From Nitrosopumilus sp. (GTDB taxonomy: Archaea > Thermoproteota > Nitrososphaeria > Nitrososphaerales > Nitrosopumilaceae): DNA of 64,000 nt. Both the position numbers and the translations under genes were made by a program. This document shows, in pieces, positions 9,330 through 19,568 of the stretch. A model generated the notes under the pieces. That model was not told the origin of the DNA. It searched no databases and saw only the letters and a list, made by a program, of their open reading frames with translations. Positions within the stretch are counted from its first letter, which is position 1. Every line of letters starts with the position of its first letter. The stretch lies in assembly GCA_965207075.1 (NCBI GenBank), contig CBDBLO010000002.1:1280001-1344000 (forward strand). Direction: 5' to 3'.

Positions 9330-11087
9330 TCACTCCGCGTGCAGGGTCTTTTTCTGGCTTCTGTACATCGAGACTATCTCGCGCGTCGTAGTCGCGCTCT
9401 CCGGGTGCTTTTCATCCCTCGTACGGCCCGTATACTTTGGAAACCTGAGCGCGAGTCCCGCGCCCTTCCTTACCGCATCCCACGCGGCCCTGTGGACGGG
9501 GCTGAGCGTTATCTCCGATGCCACCGTCTCTATCACAAGCTCGGGCTCGAACCACACCTCGGCCTCCATCGCGCTGTCTATGCGCGGGTTTCTTCTTACC
9601 GTAACCTTGGGGTGGAGTATCTGGTAGAGCCTGTCAAGCTCCTCGTCGGTGAATCCGGTGCCCACCTTGCATACGCTGGGGAACGTGTCGAGCTGGTCGT
9701 CGTACGCTGCAAGCAGGAGCGTGCCGTATATGCCCGTCCTCCTGCCTTTTCCAAAAAATCCCCCGACCACCACCAGGTCGAGGCTGTCGCCGAGCTCGCT
9801 CCTGTACTCTTTTTTGAGCTTTAGCCAGTTGCTTCCGCGCGCCCCCGCCTGGTATGTGGCGTCCGGCATCTTTAGCATCAGGCCCTCGCTCCCGGCGTTT
9901 ATTGCGCTCTCCATAAACTCCGACATCTCCTGCGCGCTGGTTATCGTGGCCATTGCGACGCACCTCACGCGCTCCCCCTCCGTTATGGTGTCCTCCAGCA
10001 TGGCGCGCCTCTTTGAATACGGGACCTCCAAGCAGCTCCTGCCGTCCAGATACAGTATGTCGAAAAAGTTGACCGCAACCGGGTATTCGGACACGGCCTT
10101 TTCGATCTTGTGCTTTCTCCTGCGGTGCATGAGCTCCTGGAACGGCAGGAACTCGCCGGTCTTCTCGTTTATCGCAACCGCCTCGGCCTCCAGTATGGCC
10201 TCGCCCGCGGACACGTCCTGCGGCAGCCTCTCGGCAACGTCCGGATAGTGGGCGGTGATGTTCTCCAGCCTCCGCGAGAACATCTCGACCCTCTTGCCTG
10301 ACATGTGCACCTGCACCCGCTCGCCGTCAAGCTTGTACTCGGCGGCGAGCCCGGCGCCCATCTTCGATATGGCGTCCTCCTCGCTCTTGACGCGCTCGGC
10401 GAGCATGGGCCGTATGGGGCGGAACGGCTCGGCCCTGAACCTGCCTGCCCCCTCCAGCCCGCCCGCGGCGATGGCCTCGGCTACGGCCCCGAGGTCGCTT
10501 GACACGTTGTATGCGCGCTCGACCGCGCCGCGGTTTGCCTTGTCCCCCGTGAACGCGGCGGCCAGCGCGTCCATTATCGTGTTCTCGGCTATGCCAAACC
10601 GCAGCGTCCCGAGCAGTATCTTCAGTATGTATCCGGCCTCTGCCGGGCGCGCGTCGTTCAGCAGGCTTGATATGTACCTGGACTTCATGCCCTGCGAGCG
10701 CCCCCCCTCGAGCCCTGCAATCCTGAAGAGGGTCTCGTACACCCTCTCCACCGTAATGTCCTGCACGAAGAACGTGGTCTGCGTCTTCTGCCCCATTATG
10801 TCGACTGACGCGCGGCCCAGGTCGCCGTCCTTGCGGTACTGCTCCTCTATCCTCTTCGTGGGGACGCCGGAGGACTTTGAGAGGGCCTTTATGGCAAGCT
10901 TCTCTGCCACCCCGAGTTCGACGCCCTCAAAGTCCGGCCTGATCTTTCCCTGCAGGAGGTACACGGCCCTTGCCACCACGTCATGCGGCGTCTGCTCGAA
11001 CAGCGCTATCAGTATCTGGGTGAGCTCGTTGCGTTTTGTGGTGGACTCCATCTTCCCAAACGCGTCTGCAAGAACGGAAAACTCCAC
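9330..11087 (-). CDS. lig: ATP-dependent DNA ligase
   Basis: EYKLDGERVQVH motif I, EGLMLK, WLKLK, LRFPK. Confidence 0.97.
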   Translation of the reverse strand: MEFSVLADAFGKMESTTKRNELTQILIALFEQTPHDVVARAVYLLQGKIRPDFEGVELGVAEKLAIKALSKSSGVPTKRIEEQYRKDGDLGRASVDIMGQKTQTTFFVQDITVERVYETLFRIAGLEGGRSQGMKSRYISSLLNDARPAEAGYILKILLGTLRFGIAENTIMDALAAAFTGDKANRGAVERAYNVSSDLGAVAEAIAAGGLEGAGRFRAEPFRPIRPMLAERVKSEEDAISKMGAGLAAEYKLDGERVQVHMSGKRVEMFSRRLENITAHYPDVAERLPQDVSAGEAILEAEAVAINEKTGEFLPFQELMHRRRKHKIEKAVSEYPVAVNFFDILYLDGRSCLEVPYSKRRAMLEDTITEGERVRCVAMATITSAQEMSEFMESAINAGSEGLMLKMPDATYQAGARGSNWLKLKKEYRSELGDSLDLVVVGGFFGKGRRTGIYGTLLLAAYDDQLDTFPSVCKVGTGFTDEELDRLYQILHPKVTVRRNPRIDSAMEAEVWFEPELVIETVASEITLSPVHRAAWDAVRKGAGLALRFPKYTGRTRDEKHPESATTTREIVSMYRSQKKTLHAE

Positions 11088-11120
11088 TGCCTTTTTGCGG
11101 CGGGGCCGAATAAAAACAGT

Positions 11121-11534
11121 TCAGATGTACCTGAGTATGGTGGGCTTGCTGGGCCCCGGCGTCATGTCGGAGACGAGCGCAAAGTTGTGCAGCGGGTACG
11201 CCGCCTTGTATTGCTTCATGTAGCTCCATGCCACGTCGTGCGTCTTGAACTCGGTGCGTATCCCGTCGACGACCACCTGCTTGCCGTACACGTCAAAGAC
11301 CACTATGCGGTACGCCTTTGGACGGTTGTGGGGCTTTGCCTTTAGGAGCCAGGCCATGGCGAACACGAAGACGGCGCCGAGCACCACGTACTCGCCTGCC
11401 ACCCTGAAAAAGTCGACGACCACGCCGGGTATGGTCTGTCCGAACAGCACCGCCATAAAGTTTGAGAATGAGATCACGGCCAGTGCGGTGGCAAGGTACG
11501 TCCTCCACTCGAAGATCCAGCCGACCCTGCTCAT
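11121..11534 (-). CDS. Conserved membrane protein
   Basis: Two TM segments and a soluble C-terminus; start reassigned to MSRVGW. Confidence 0.65.
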   Translation of the reverse strand: MSRVGWIFEWRTYLATALAVISFSNFMAVLFGQTIPGVVVDFFRVAGEYVVLGAVFVFAMAWLLKAKPHNRPKAYRIVVFDVYGKQVVVDGIRTEFKTHDVAWSYMKQYKAAYPLHNFALVSDMTPGPSKPTILRYI

Positions 11535-11725
11535 CAGATGGCCTTTGTGCCTTTTTGATTTAACTATTTCCCGCATTTTCTGCCGATCTGCCCGCCGAAT
11601 CCCGGCATCCTGCCCAAAGACGGGCGGCGCGGCGCAGGGGCCGCCGATCTGCGGGGGCTCGTGAACCGGTTCTGGCGCGCGCCGGGGCGGATGCCGCCGG
11701 ATGACACGCACCTGCCCTGCTGCCC

Positions 11726-12880
11726 CTAGTCGGGATCCTCGTACCTGGCCCCGCTGCCGTCCTCGCCGGCCTTGCCTGCGCCGGCCGACGCGTTGTCCAT
11801 TGGAACCATCTTCTCGTCCAGCGAGCTGATGACTGCCTTGTAGCCCTCGGCGTATTCAAGCTCGGAGGGGACCAGCGTGGCCGGGTGTATAAAGCCCTGG
11901 CTCCTCATCTCGAGCGCCTTTGTCGTGGCGCGCTCCCTGACAAGATCCCAGTCCGGCGTGGAGAACCCATCAAACGGCCCCGTCAGCCTCCCCTCGTGCA
12001 TGCTGAACACCAGGGCCTCTACAATTGGAATGCAAAAGTTGATCGTGGCCGCCGAGTTGAGCCTTACCGGCATCAGCGGCATGTTGTGGCTGCCGCGCGT
12101 GTTCCCGGCCACGTAGTGCGGGTTGTTGAATACGCTGCCGACCTCTTCTGTGGCGGGGAACATCTTTTGCGTCCTTACCATGCAGATGGGATCGTCCTTG
12201 CCGACATACGTGCCGGCTATGTTGTGCAGCCGGTCGGTGGATGCCGAGAGTATCGGCTCGCCGTCCTTTGTGTACACGGAGTCCACCACGTACCTGCCGG
12301 GGTACATCAGGGCCGCCTCCAAGAGCGGCTTGTCCTGCCACATCTCAAGCTCGGCAATCCTGCCCCCCTCCACGTCCATCACGTTTATCACGACGCCCCT
12401 TGCCAGGCTCTTGTTGACTATGAGTCCGGTGTTGCTGAGCGCGTCCACAAACATCCTGTATATGGGGTAGTTGAACGCCCCCGGCTCGGTCTTGTCCGCC
12501 GCAAATATCGTAAACGCCTCGTTGGGCCTCTCCTCAAACTCCATCTCGGCCACGCCGGGACCCATGCCTTTTACGTTCCCGGAAAACGAGTCCTTCAGCA
12601 GGTCCTGGCCCGCTCCGTAGAGCCCCTCGGCCCTTGCGACCTCTGTGCCCGCCATGAACGCGTCCCATGCAAGCTTGTGTATCCCCTCGCTGTCGGTCCC
12701 GTGCGTGTGGGACATTACAATGTGGACGTCGTCGCCGCAGTATCCTATGTAGTGGTCAAGGAGCATGTCACTTGAGGACTGCACCACGCCCCTTACTGCC
12801 GCAATCAGCCCGTCGCTGGGCCTCGTGTGCCCGCCGACGCCGCCCACGTCGGCCTTTATGGCCGATACCGTAACCTTCAC
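11726..12880 (-). CDS. fbp: Fructose-1,6-bisphosphate aldolase/phosphatase
   Basis: IKADVG, GLYGAGQDLLKDSFSGNVKGMGPG, YVGKDDP motifs. Confidence 0.97.
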   Translation of the reverse strand: MKVTVSAIKADVGGVGGHTRPSDGLIAAVRGVVQSSSDMLLDHYIGYCGDDVHIVMSHTHGTDSEGIHKLAWDAFMAGTEVARAEGLYGAGQDLLKDSFSGNVKGMGPGVAEMEFEERPNEAFTIFAADKTEPGAFNYPIYRMFVDALSNTGLIVNKSLARGVVINVMDVEGGRIAELEMWQDKPLLEAALMYPGRYVVDSVYTKDGEPILSASTDRLHNIAGTYVGKDDPICMVRTQKMFPATEEVGSVFNNPHYVAGNTRGSHNMPLMPVRLNSAATINFCIPIVEALVFSMHEGRLTGPFDGFSTPDWDLVRERATTKALEMRSQGFIHPATLVPSELEYAEGYKAVISSLDEKMVPMDNASAGAGKAGEDGSGARYEDPD

Positions 12881-13262
12881 GAGGCTGCTGTACGTGCCTT
12901 TGATTTATGTGCTTTTAGTGGAAACGGCTAGTGCCGCCGGGCAGGTCTTTGCCGGCTTTCTTTCACGCGCATCATTCTGTACGTGGGCGCCGCCACCACT
13001 GGTTGCATCCTATATCCTGTCCGCCGCCGCTCGCCCTCATGCGATCGCGGTGTGCGGAGCCTGTCCGCCACCGCCACCGCCACCACCCAACACCGTGATC
13101 CCCTTTGACGATCTCCAAGATATGCGGTGTTATGGTGTGATTTTTTGGCATATTTGGTATGTGCTTCCATAACATGTAACTGCACTCCGCATGAAATGAA
13201 ATTTTTTATGATGCCGCATCTTCTAAAATCCGCCTTGGAAATCGCGGTTTTTTTCATAACAG

Positions 13263-13271
13263 TAATAAATA
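13263..13271 (+). promoter_or_regulatory. Putative TATA box of tuf operon
   Basis: TAATAAATA 22-30 nt upstream of ATG 13293. Confidence 0.5.
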
Positions 13272-13292
13272 CCCCCCAAGAGGACTCCCAAT

Positions 13293-14591
13293 ATGGCAGA
13301 CAAGCCCCACCTGAACATGATAGTGACAGGGCACATCGACAACGGCAAGTCCACTACGATGGGACACTTTCTGATGGACCTGGGGGTGGTTGACGAGAGG
13401 ACCATAGCGGCCCATGCGACTGAGTCTGAAAAGACCGGCAAGGGTGACACATTCAAGTATGCCTGGGTCATGGACAACATAAAGGATGAGCGGGAGCGCG
13501 GCATTACGATTGATCTTGCATTTCAAAAATTCGAGTCGACAAAGTACTTTTTCACCCTGATTGACGCCCCGGGACACCGGGACTTTATCAAGAACATGAT
13601 CACGGGTGCGTCGGAGGCCGATGCCGCCATCTTGGTGCTCTCCGCCAAGGAAGGCGAGACTGACACCGCGGTCGCGGCAGGCGGGCAGGCCAGGGAGCAC
13701 GCGTTCCTGCTAAAGACGCTTGGCGTAAACCAGCTCATCGTTGCAATCAACAAGATGGATGACAGCAGCTATTCGGAGGACGCATACAAGGCGGCCAAGG
13801 AAAAGGGCGAAAAGCTAGTCCGTTCTGTAGGCTACAAGTTGGATTCGGTCCCGTTCATACCCGTGTCGGGATGGAAGGGCGACAACCTGGTGAAAAAGTC
13901 CGAGAACATGCCGTGGTATACGGGCAAGACCCTGCTGGAGGCGTTTGACGACTTTGCCGTGCCAGAAAAGCCGGTCGGAAAGCCGCTGCGCGTGCCCATC
14001 CAGGACGTCTACACCATCACCGGGGTCGGCACAGTCCCCGTCGGAAGGGTCGAGACTGGCACCATGAAGACCAATGACAAGATCATCGTCATGCCTGCGG
14101 GCGCCACGGGCGAGATAAAGTCCATCGAGACGCACCACACCGAGATGCCGTCTGCCGAGTCCGGCGACAACATCGGCTTCAACCTCAGGGGCATAGAGAA
14201 GAAGGACATCAAGCGGGGCGACGTCCTTGGCACGCCCGACGCGCCTCCGATGGTCGCAAAAGAGTTCAAGGCGCAGATTATCGTCATACACCACCCGACT
14301 GCGATTGCGCCTGGGTATACTCCGGTCATGCACGCGCACACGTCCCAGGTCGCCGCAACCGTGACGGAGTTTCTTCAAAAGATAAACCCTGCAACGGGCG
14401 CCGTGGAGGAGGAGAATCCAAAGTTCCTCAAGGTCGGCGACTCTGCAATTGTAAAGATCAGACCCGTCAGGCCCACGTGCATCGAGACGTTTCAGGACTT
14501 TCCTGAGATGGGAAGGTTCGCGCTCAGGGACATGGGCGCCACCATTGCGGCGGGGATTGTAAAAGAGATTACAGAGGAATACAAGCCCTAG
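13293..14591 (+). CDS. tuf: Translation elongation factor EF-1alpha
   Basis: GHIDNGKST, ERERGITID, DAPGH, NKMD. Confidence 0.98.
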   Translation: MADKPHLNMIVTGHIDNGKSTTMGHFLMDLGVVDERTIAAHATESEKTGKGDTFKYAWVMDNIKDERERGITIDLAFQKFESTKYFFTLIDAPGHRDFIKNMITGASEADAAILVLSAKEGETDTAVAAGGQAREHAFLLKTLGVNQLIVAINKMDDSSYSEDAYKAAKEKGEKLVRSVGYKLDSVPFIPVSGWKGDNLVKKSENMPWYTGKTLLEAFDDFAVPEKPVGKPLRVPIQDVYTITGVGTVPVGRVETGTMKTNDKIIVMPAGATGEIKSIETHHTEMPSAESGDNIGFNLRGIEKKDIKRGDVLGTPDAPPMVAKEFKAQIIVIHHPTAIAPGYTPVMHAHTSQVAATVTEFLQKINPATGAVEEENPKFLKVGDSAIVKIRPVRPTCIETFQDFPEMGRFALRDMGATIAAGIVKEITEEYKP

Positions 14592-14613
14592 ACTTGCGTG
14601 GCTGTTGGTTGCT

Positions 14614-14922
14614 ATGACGCAGACTGCCCGTGTAAAGCTTACCTCCACCAGCCTCCCAAAACTGGACGGGGTCTGCGACGAGATAATGAGCATAAAAAAG
14701 ACCGGCGTAAAGGTAAAGGGCCCCACCCCGCTTCCGGTAAAGCGCCTCCACGTCGCGACCCGCAAGTCGCCGTGCGGCAACGGCACCGAGACCTATGAGA
14801 AGTGGGAGATGAAGATGCACCGGCGAATCATCAACATCAACGCGGACGACAAGGCCATCCGCCAGCTTATGAGGCTCAAGATACCCGACGACGTGTACAT
14901 AGAGCTCTCGCTTACGGGATGA
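14614..14922 (+). CDS. rpsJ: 30S ribosomal protein uS10
   Basis: GPTPLP, RKSPCGNGTETYEKWEMKMHRR; canonical position after tuf. Confidence 0.97.
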   Translation: MTQTARVKLTSTSLPKLDGVCDEIMSIKKTGVKVKGPTPLPVKRLHVATRKSPCGNGTETYEKWEMKMHRRIININADDKAIRQLMRLKIPDDVYIELSLTG

Positions 14923-14955
14923 CTGGGAATTCTTAAATTATGACTGGAACAAGGT

Positions 14956-15219
14956 GTGTTGATTATGACCCTTAACGCCGGAGAATCTGCAGTGCTTGCC
15001 AGAAAGGCGCCGGATGATGACAATGACAGCGACGACGGACTGGCCGTCGCGGACGATCCTGCCGTGGAGCGCTTTGACGTACACTACTCGTGCCTGAGGT
15101 GCGGGACCGTCACGTCCGGCACCGAGATATCCAGGCTTCCCGAGATAAAGTGCATCTGCGGGTTCAAGGTGTTTACAAAGGTGCGCCCCCCGGTAGTAAA
15201 GTCGATCCGGGCCATCTGA
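14956..15219 (+). CDS. rpo12: RNA polymerase subunit Rpo12 (P)
   Basis: YSCLRCG...IKCICGFKVFTKVRPP Zn ribbon; acidic N-terminal extension; start uncertain. Confidence 0.85.
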   Translation: MLIMTLNAGESAVLARKAPDDDNDSDDGLAVADDPAVERFDVHYSCLRCGTVTSGTEISRLPEIKCICGFKVFTKVRPPVVKSIRAI

Positions 15220-15321
15220 TCGGCCGGCGCGTCCTGCGTTGTTCTCCCCGCCCACTCCTCTCTCCGCCCGTTGCTGCGCCCAGATTGAACGCGGCGCACG
15301 CCGTCCGTGCAGAATGTGCTG

Positions 15322-15546
15322 CTATCTGCCCCCCTCGTATTTGTGCTCGCGCTGCAGGTGGGTTCTCATTTCCTCCATGCTTGCAAAGTATTTGCCGCAC
15401 TTGCGGCAGTCGTACTTGAGGTCCTTGCCGTGGAACACCTGCTTGTGGTTCATGAGGTCCGCGTCTGACGCAAACGCTCTGTTACATGCGTCGCACCTCT
15501 TCTTTTTCCTCCCGCCTTTCTTTATCTTGAAAATGTCGCCGATCAT
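15322..15546 (-). CDS. Double C2H2 zinc-finger protein
   Basis: CDAC..H...H and CRKC..H....H. Confidence 0.8.
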   Translation of the reverse strand: MIGDIFKIKKGGRKKKRCDACNRAFASDADLMNHKQVFHGKDLKYDCRKCGKYFASMEEMRTHLQREHKYEGGR

Positions 15547-15579
15547 GCCACCTGCCTCCTGGTCCGAACCGCGCGTACG

Positions 15580-16002
15580 TCACTGCCGCCGCTTTCCGTA
15601 TCCTGCCTTTTCGTCCCAGCAGTCGCGGCACAGCTGGCCGTCTATCTTCCAGCCGCTCTTTGGGTTGTGTCTTATGAAGCCCAGCTCCGCGTTGCAGATG
15701 GCGCAGTGGCCCTTCTTCCTCTTGTGGTCTTCCTCCTTTTTGTCAAAGCACTTTTTGCACAGCAGCCCGTCCATGTCCCACTGCCATCTGGGTTCCCAGA
15801 GGTCGTTGATCTGCCTGGTGGTGCCGCACATGGTGCACGGCTGGCGCACCTTGCCCTCGTAGTACTCTACTGACTTTTCATAGTGGCAGTTGCCGCACAG
15901 GCGCCCCTTGATGCCCCATTCGCGTTTCGGCTTGTGCTTGTGCTTGAGCTGTACCTTGCATACGGCGCAGTACGTGGGCTTTCTGCCAAACAGGATTCCC
16001 AT
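15580..16002 (-). CDS. Multi-CxxC zinc-binding protein
   Basis: Three repeats of CxxC...WxxxGxLCxxC. Confidence 0.8.
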   Translation of the reverse strand: MGILFGRKPTYCAVCKVQLKHKHKPKREWGIKGRLCGNCHYEKSVEYYEGKVRQPCTMCGTTRQINDLWEPRWQWDMDGLLCKKCFDKKEEDHKRKKGHCAICNAELGFIRHNPKSGWKIDGQLCRDCWDEKAGYGKRRQ

Positions 16003-16184
16003 GCCGTGTCGCGTGCTGGATTCTATAAATTTCAATGTGAATTATTTTGGCCTCGACCCCCCCAACCCGGCCTCCTGCGTGCGCACTGGCTGTCGTACGG
16101 GCTTGATTGGGCCGCCATTGCCCGTACTGGGTGGGCGATTTGTCGTATGACGCGTACATGCAGTCGAGGAATGGCTGCTGGATC

Positions 16185-16313
16185 CTAGGCGCGGCCGTCT
16201 AGGATCTTTTCGAGGGCCTGGCCTGCATTGAGCATTCCGTGCCTCCTTGCGTATTCCTCGATCGCACTGTACTGGTCCTTTGTAAAGCAGACCGGCATTG
16301 ATCGCTTGCTCAT
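16185..16313 (-). CDS. Small (42 aa) ribbon-helix-helix-like protein, absent from ORF track
   Basis: Manual translation MSKRSMPVCFTKDQYSAIEEYARRHGMLNAGQALEKILDGRA*; AT-rich TATA-like segment about 25 nt upstream on the minus strand. Confidence 0.65.
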   Translation of the reverse strand: MSKRSMPVCFTKDQYSAIEEYARRHGMLNAGQALEKILDGRA

Positions 16314-16528
16314 GACTTGGCTCGAGATGTACCCGTAATTATGTGATTTGGCGCCGATGCTGCCGGCATTGTTACCCGCGACTCGTTAGTACGGTCCCTG
16401 CGCCGCGCCGACCCGCGGGACGCAGGCGTCTGGCATCGTCATGTGAGGCCCCGGCCTCCGCCTGTGCCCCTGGCTCTGGACCTCTCCAGGCCCCGCGCCG
16501 CTCGGATGTGCGGCAGGCCCGCCTGGAG

Positions 16529-17089
16529 TCAGGGTTCCATAATGGAGCTTGCAAACCGCTTGTGCAGTATGGGGAGCTCTTTACACAGCCATGCAAAGAA
16601 TCTTACAAACTCCCTCGCCTCGTCCTCTACATACTCTGTGATTTTGCCATAATTGCCATCCGCGTACCACCGGCTCACCATTGAGCCGCTCTGCGCCTTG
16701 CCCGTCATGCGGTCAAGGCCTGAGCCTTTGAACTCGCAGCCGTTCATTATGATGCCAGTTGTGTGGAGGTCCATCATGGGCCTGTCCCTGATGTTTATTG
16801 TCTGCAGTCCGTGTATTTCCGACCTGCGGCTTAGAAACCTGTGCTCGAATCCCAGGTTGTATCCCACCGGTACAAAATCAAAGACACTATCGCTTGACAC
16901 GCCTGTGTTTTCGACGAACCTCCTTAGAATCTCTTGCTCTCCGTGTTCCCACTCCTTTAGTACTACAAGCGGGCCCGCGGGGGTTCCGTTGTTCCTGTCC
17001 AGCGCTTGATATTGCACGGTGACTATCTTCGAGGACCCCTCATCCAGTCCGGACGTTTCGATATCTAGGTAATACGTTCCCATGCGCAT
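16529..17089 (-). CDS. RNase H-like (DEDD) exonuclease-domain protein
   Basis: YLDIETSG, GYNLGFE, MDL, YVEDE motifs. Confidence 0.8.
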   Translation of the reverse strand: MRMGTYYLDIETSGLDEGSSKIVTVQYQALDRNNGTPAGPLVVLKEWEHGEQEILRRFVENTGVSSDSVFDFVPVGYNLGFEHRFLSRRSEIHGLQTINIRDRPMMDLHTTGIIMNGCEFKGSGLDRMTGKAQSGSMVSRWYADGNYGKITEYVEDEAREFVRFFAWLCKELPILHKRFASSIMEP

Positions 17090-17149
17090 GTGCGCAAATG
17101 TGCAGTATTAATTATTGCTGGCGCCCGTCGGCACCTGCTGCTTGGCATA

Positions 17150-17632
17150 TTACACTGCGGCCCATCTTGCCAGGGCCTTGTCCGGACTGCTTATCTCGTC
17201 CACGCTCGTATAGTAGCTGTTGGTCCAGTCGTCGTATCCGAGCCCTGTGAACAGCATGAGGTTGAGCGGGTAGGAAGCGCTGTCGGTGCACCTCCTAAAG
17301 TCGTCCCTGAACAGGAAGACCTTCTTGCCCCATGCAATCGCCATTCCGAGCTCCACCATCACGCCTTCGTCAGGCGGCGTGCCGTTGACTACTGCGAATA
17401 TGCCGTCGGAATTCCTGACATCGCTCATGTCGGCCTGCCCAACCGTATATGCGGCCCTGTCCTTGGACATGTCTGCTTGGTTGTTGCGCTCAAACGGCTC
17501 CCACACCTCCAAATTCATTTCACTCAAGGCGCCGACTATCTCTTGCAGCGGGCCCGCCTTCTGCTGCTTGGAGAATCCGTACGGGTTTGCCAGATAGATG
17601 ATCTTTCTGCGGCTGTTTTTGCTGTTGTCCAT
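17150..17632 (-). CDS. Nucleoside 2-deoxyribosyltransferase family protein
   Basis: IYLANPYGFS, DEGVMVELGMAIA, NLML motifs. Confidence 0.85.
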   Translation of the reverse strand: MDNSKNSRRKIIYLANPYGFSKQQKAGPLQEIVGALSEMNLEVWEPFERNNQADMSKDRAAYTVGQADMSDVRNSDGIFAVVNGTPPDEGVMVELGMAIAWGKKVFLFRDDFRRCTDSASYPLNLMLFTGLGYDDWTNSYYTSVDEISSPDKALARWAAV

Positions 17633-17780
17633 GCGGCCGGATACCTGCGCTTGCCAGTCCTTGGACTGCAATATACCTTGCTGTGCTCGTGTCGTGTGCA
17701 GTTGGCTTCCTGCAGGCGCCGCGCCGGCACTGGCTCGGGCGGCCGGAAATCTTTAAAGAATGTCCGCGCGGCCACGGGCC

Positions 17781-17966
17781 ATGGGTACGCCGACTGAGTC
17801 CAAAATCCGGGACTCCGGCATAGGGCTGCCCGAGCTTATCTCGCACTTTAGGGAACGATGCAGGGAGTGCGGCCACCACCGCATAATGCACGATGCCGGT
17901 GGATATTGCGAGGGCGTGATGAACAAGCCGTGCAATTCCGGCTGCGAGTCTTTCGAGGCTGAATGA
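17781..17966 (+). CDS. Small Cys/His-rich protein
   Basis: CRECGHHRIMH...C...C...C; TTTAAA at 17752-17757. Confidence 0.65.
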   Translation: MGTPTESKIRDSGIGLPELISHFRERCRECGHHRIMHDAGGYCEGVMNKPCNSGCESFEAE

Positions 17967-18160
17967 TCTGGGCCTTGCCGCCATGCGTGGACCCGATGTC
18001 GGGCGTGACGTCCGTGATGGGTGGAGGATCGAGGGGCGGCACGCCCGGCATCCGTTAGGCCGCGCCCGCAGGAAGCCATGCGGGGGCAAATCATTCCAAA
18101 ATGGAGTCTGTACGCGGAATGCTGCCAAATATTTAAACGCCCATTAGCCGTCGTATTGAC

Positions 18161-18394
18161 ATGACTGTTGCGTACGTGATGCTCAACTGCGATCTCGGGG
18201 CCGAGGCCGAACTTGTGGAAAAACTCCGTGAGCTGGAGAACGTGTCGCATGTGTCTGAGACGATGGGGGCCCACGACATGCTGGTCAAGCTGGAGGCGGA
18301 GAATTTTGAAAAGATACGTGAAATCGTGGCATGGAGCATAAAGAACCTGCCAAAGGTGCGCTCCACCACCACGCTTATTGAAAAAGATGCCTGA
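18161..18394 (+). CDS. Stand-alone Lrp/AsnC ligand-binding (RAM) domain protein
   Basis: AYVMLNC...GAHDMLVKL...VRSTTTL; TTTAAA about 25 nt upstream. Confidence 0.85.
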   Translation: MTVAYVMLNCDLGAEAELVEKLRELENVSHVSETMGAHDMLVKLEAENFEKIREIVAWSIKNLPKVRSTTTLIEKDA

Positions 18395-18515
18395 CGCGCA
18401 CCATTACTGCATTGACGGTGGCGGTGGTGGTGGTGGTGATGATGATGACAATGATGTTCGCAGGAGATCCATCTGCATGTATGGCCGGTGACGCGTAGTC
18501 GGAGCCCCTGCCCGC

Positions 18516-18950
18516 CTAATCCTGGAGCCCCCCGCCGTGCCTTTTTCCGCCGCCGTCGCCAGCATCCCCCACCCTGACGTTCCCTTTTCTGGCGCCACTG
18601 TCCTTATCCTCGTCCTCGTGGTGTCCGGCCGCATCGCCCCCTCTGCTGCTTGGGCCTACCATGTCTTCCGGCCTGACCTTGCTGTCCCAGTCGCCCCTTG
18701 CGCCCTTTACCAACGCTGCAATTCCTGCCGCGATAAGGGCCGTTACCCCCCCAAGGAATCCGGCCTGTTCGGCCATTGCATCGGCGCAGCTCACACTGAC
18801 AGGCTCCATGTCCTCAGAGTACCTGTAGCACGTGTCGAATTCCTCCGACTCGATGGAGGCCGACTGGTAGTTCCCGCCAAATACGCCGAGCACGATAAAC
18901 CCCGCAAAGATCAACCCTATGCCGATCATGGAGAACCTGATGTCGCCCAT
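18516..18950 (-). CDS. Membrane protein
   Basis: Two TM helices, WDSKVRPEDMVGP tail. Confidence 0.7.
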   Translation of the reverse strand: MGDIRFSMIGIGLIFAGFIVLGVFGGNYQSASIESEEFDTCYRYSEDMEPVSVSCADAMAEQAGFLGGVTALIAAGIAALVKGARGDWDSKVRPEDMVGPSSRGGDAAGHHEDEDKDSGARKGNVRVGDAGDGGGKRHGGGLQD

Positions 18951-19000
18951 CGCCACAGCATGTATGCGACATGCCATATTTAGTCTAGTTGCGCCGGGTG

Positions 19001-19492
19001 TCACTTGCGGCCCTGAAGCATCCCCGCAAGATTGGCAAGGGAGTCATCGTAGAACCTGCCCATGTCATCTAGCAGCCGGGCAAACTCCCCCCTTGGCATC
19101 CTGATGCTGTTCATGTATGACTGCCAAGTTATGGTTATGGTGCCGTCCTTCTCGTTTGAGTTGATGGTGATTGTGGCCACGTACGCGCGCAGGGGGAGCC
19201 CGTCCGTCGCAACGTACGTGAAGCTCCTGCCGGCGCTCCATGACACTATGTGCTCCTCTATGGTTTTTCCGTCCTCAAACGCCACGTTCCTGACCGCCCC
19301 CACGCCCCTCCTGGAGTCTGACGTGATGTCGACCCTGCTGACGCCTGGAGCCCACCGCGGCATGGATGCAATGTCCCCTAGTATCTTCCATGCCTTTTGG
19401 CGGGTTGCCCTTATCCTTGGCGACCTCCTCTTGAGAGTGGCGCTGTGGTGTGCTCTACTGCCCGCCGTCGTGCGGGCCTTGGAACCCTGCAT
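19001..19492 (-). CDS. SRPBCC / polyketide cyclase-like protein
   Basis: AWKILGDIASMPRWAPGV, GVGAVR motifs in the C-terminal part of the 813-aa ORF; start uncertain. Confidence 0.8.
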   Translation of the reverse strand: MQGSKARTTAGSRAHHSATLKRRSPRIRATRQKAWKILGDIASMPRWAPGVSRVDITSDSRRGVGAVRNVAFEDGKTIEEHIVSWSAGRSFTYVATDGLPLRAYVATITINSNEKDGTITITWQSYMNSIRMPRGEFARLLDDMGRFYDDSLANLAGMLQGRK

Positions 19493-19568
19493 TTGCGTGA
19501 ATGCCATCCGTCTGGTTATATGCCTTGCTTGGCGACAATTTTTAATCATGTGTGCCTCAGAGGCATAC

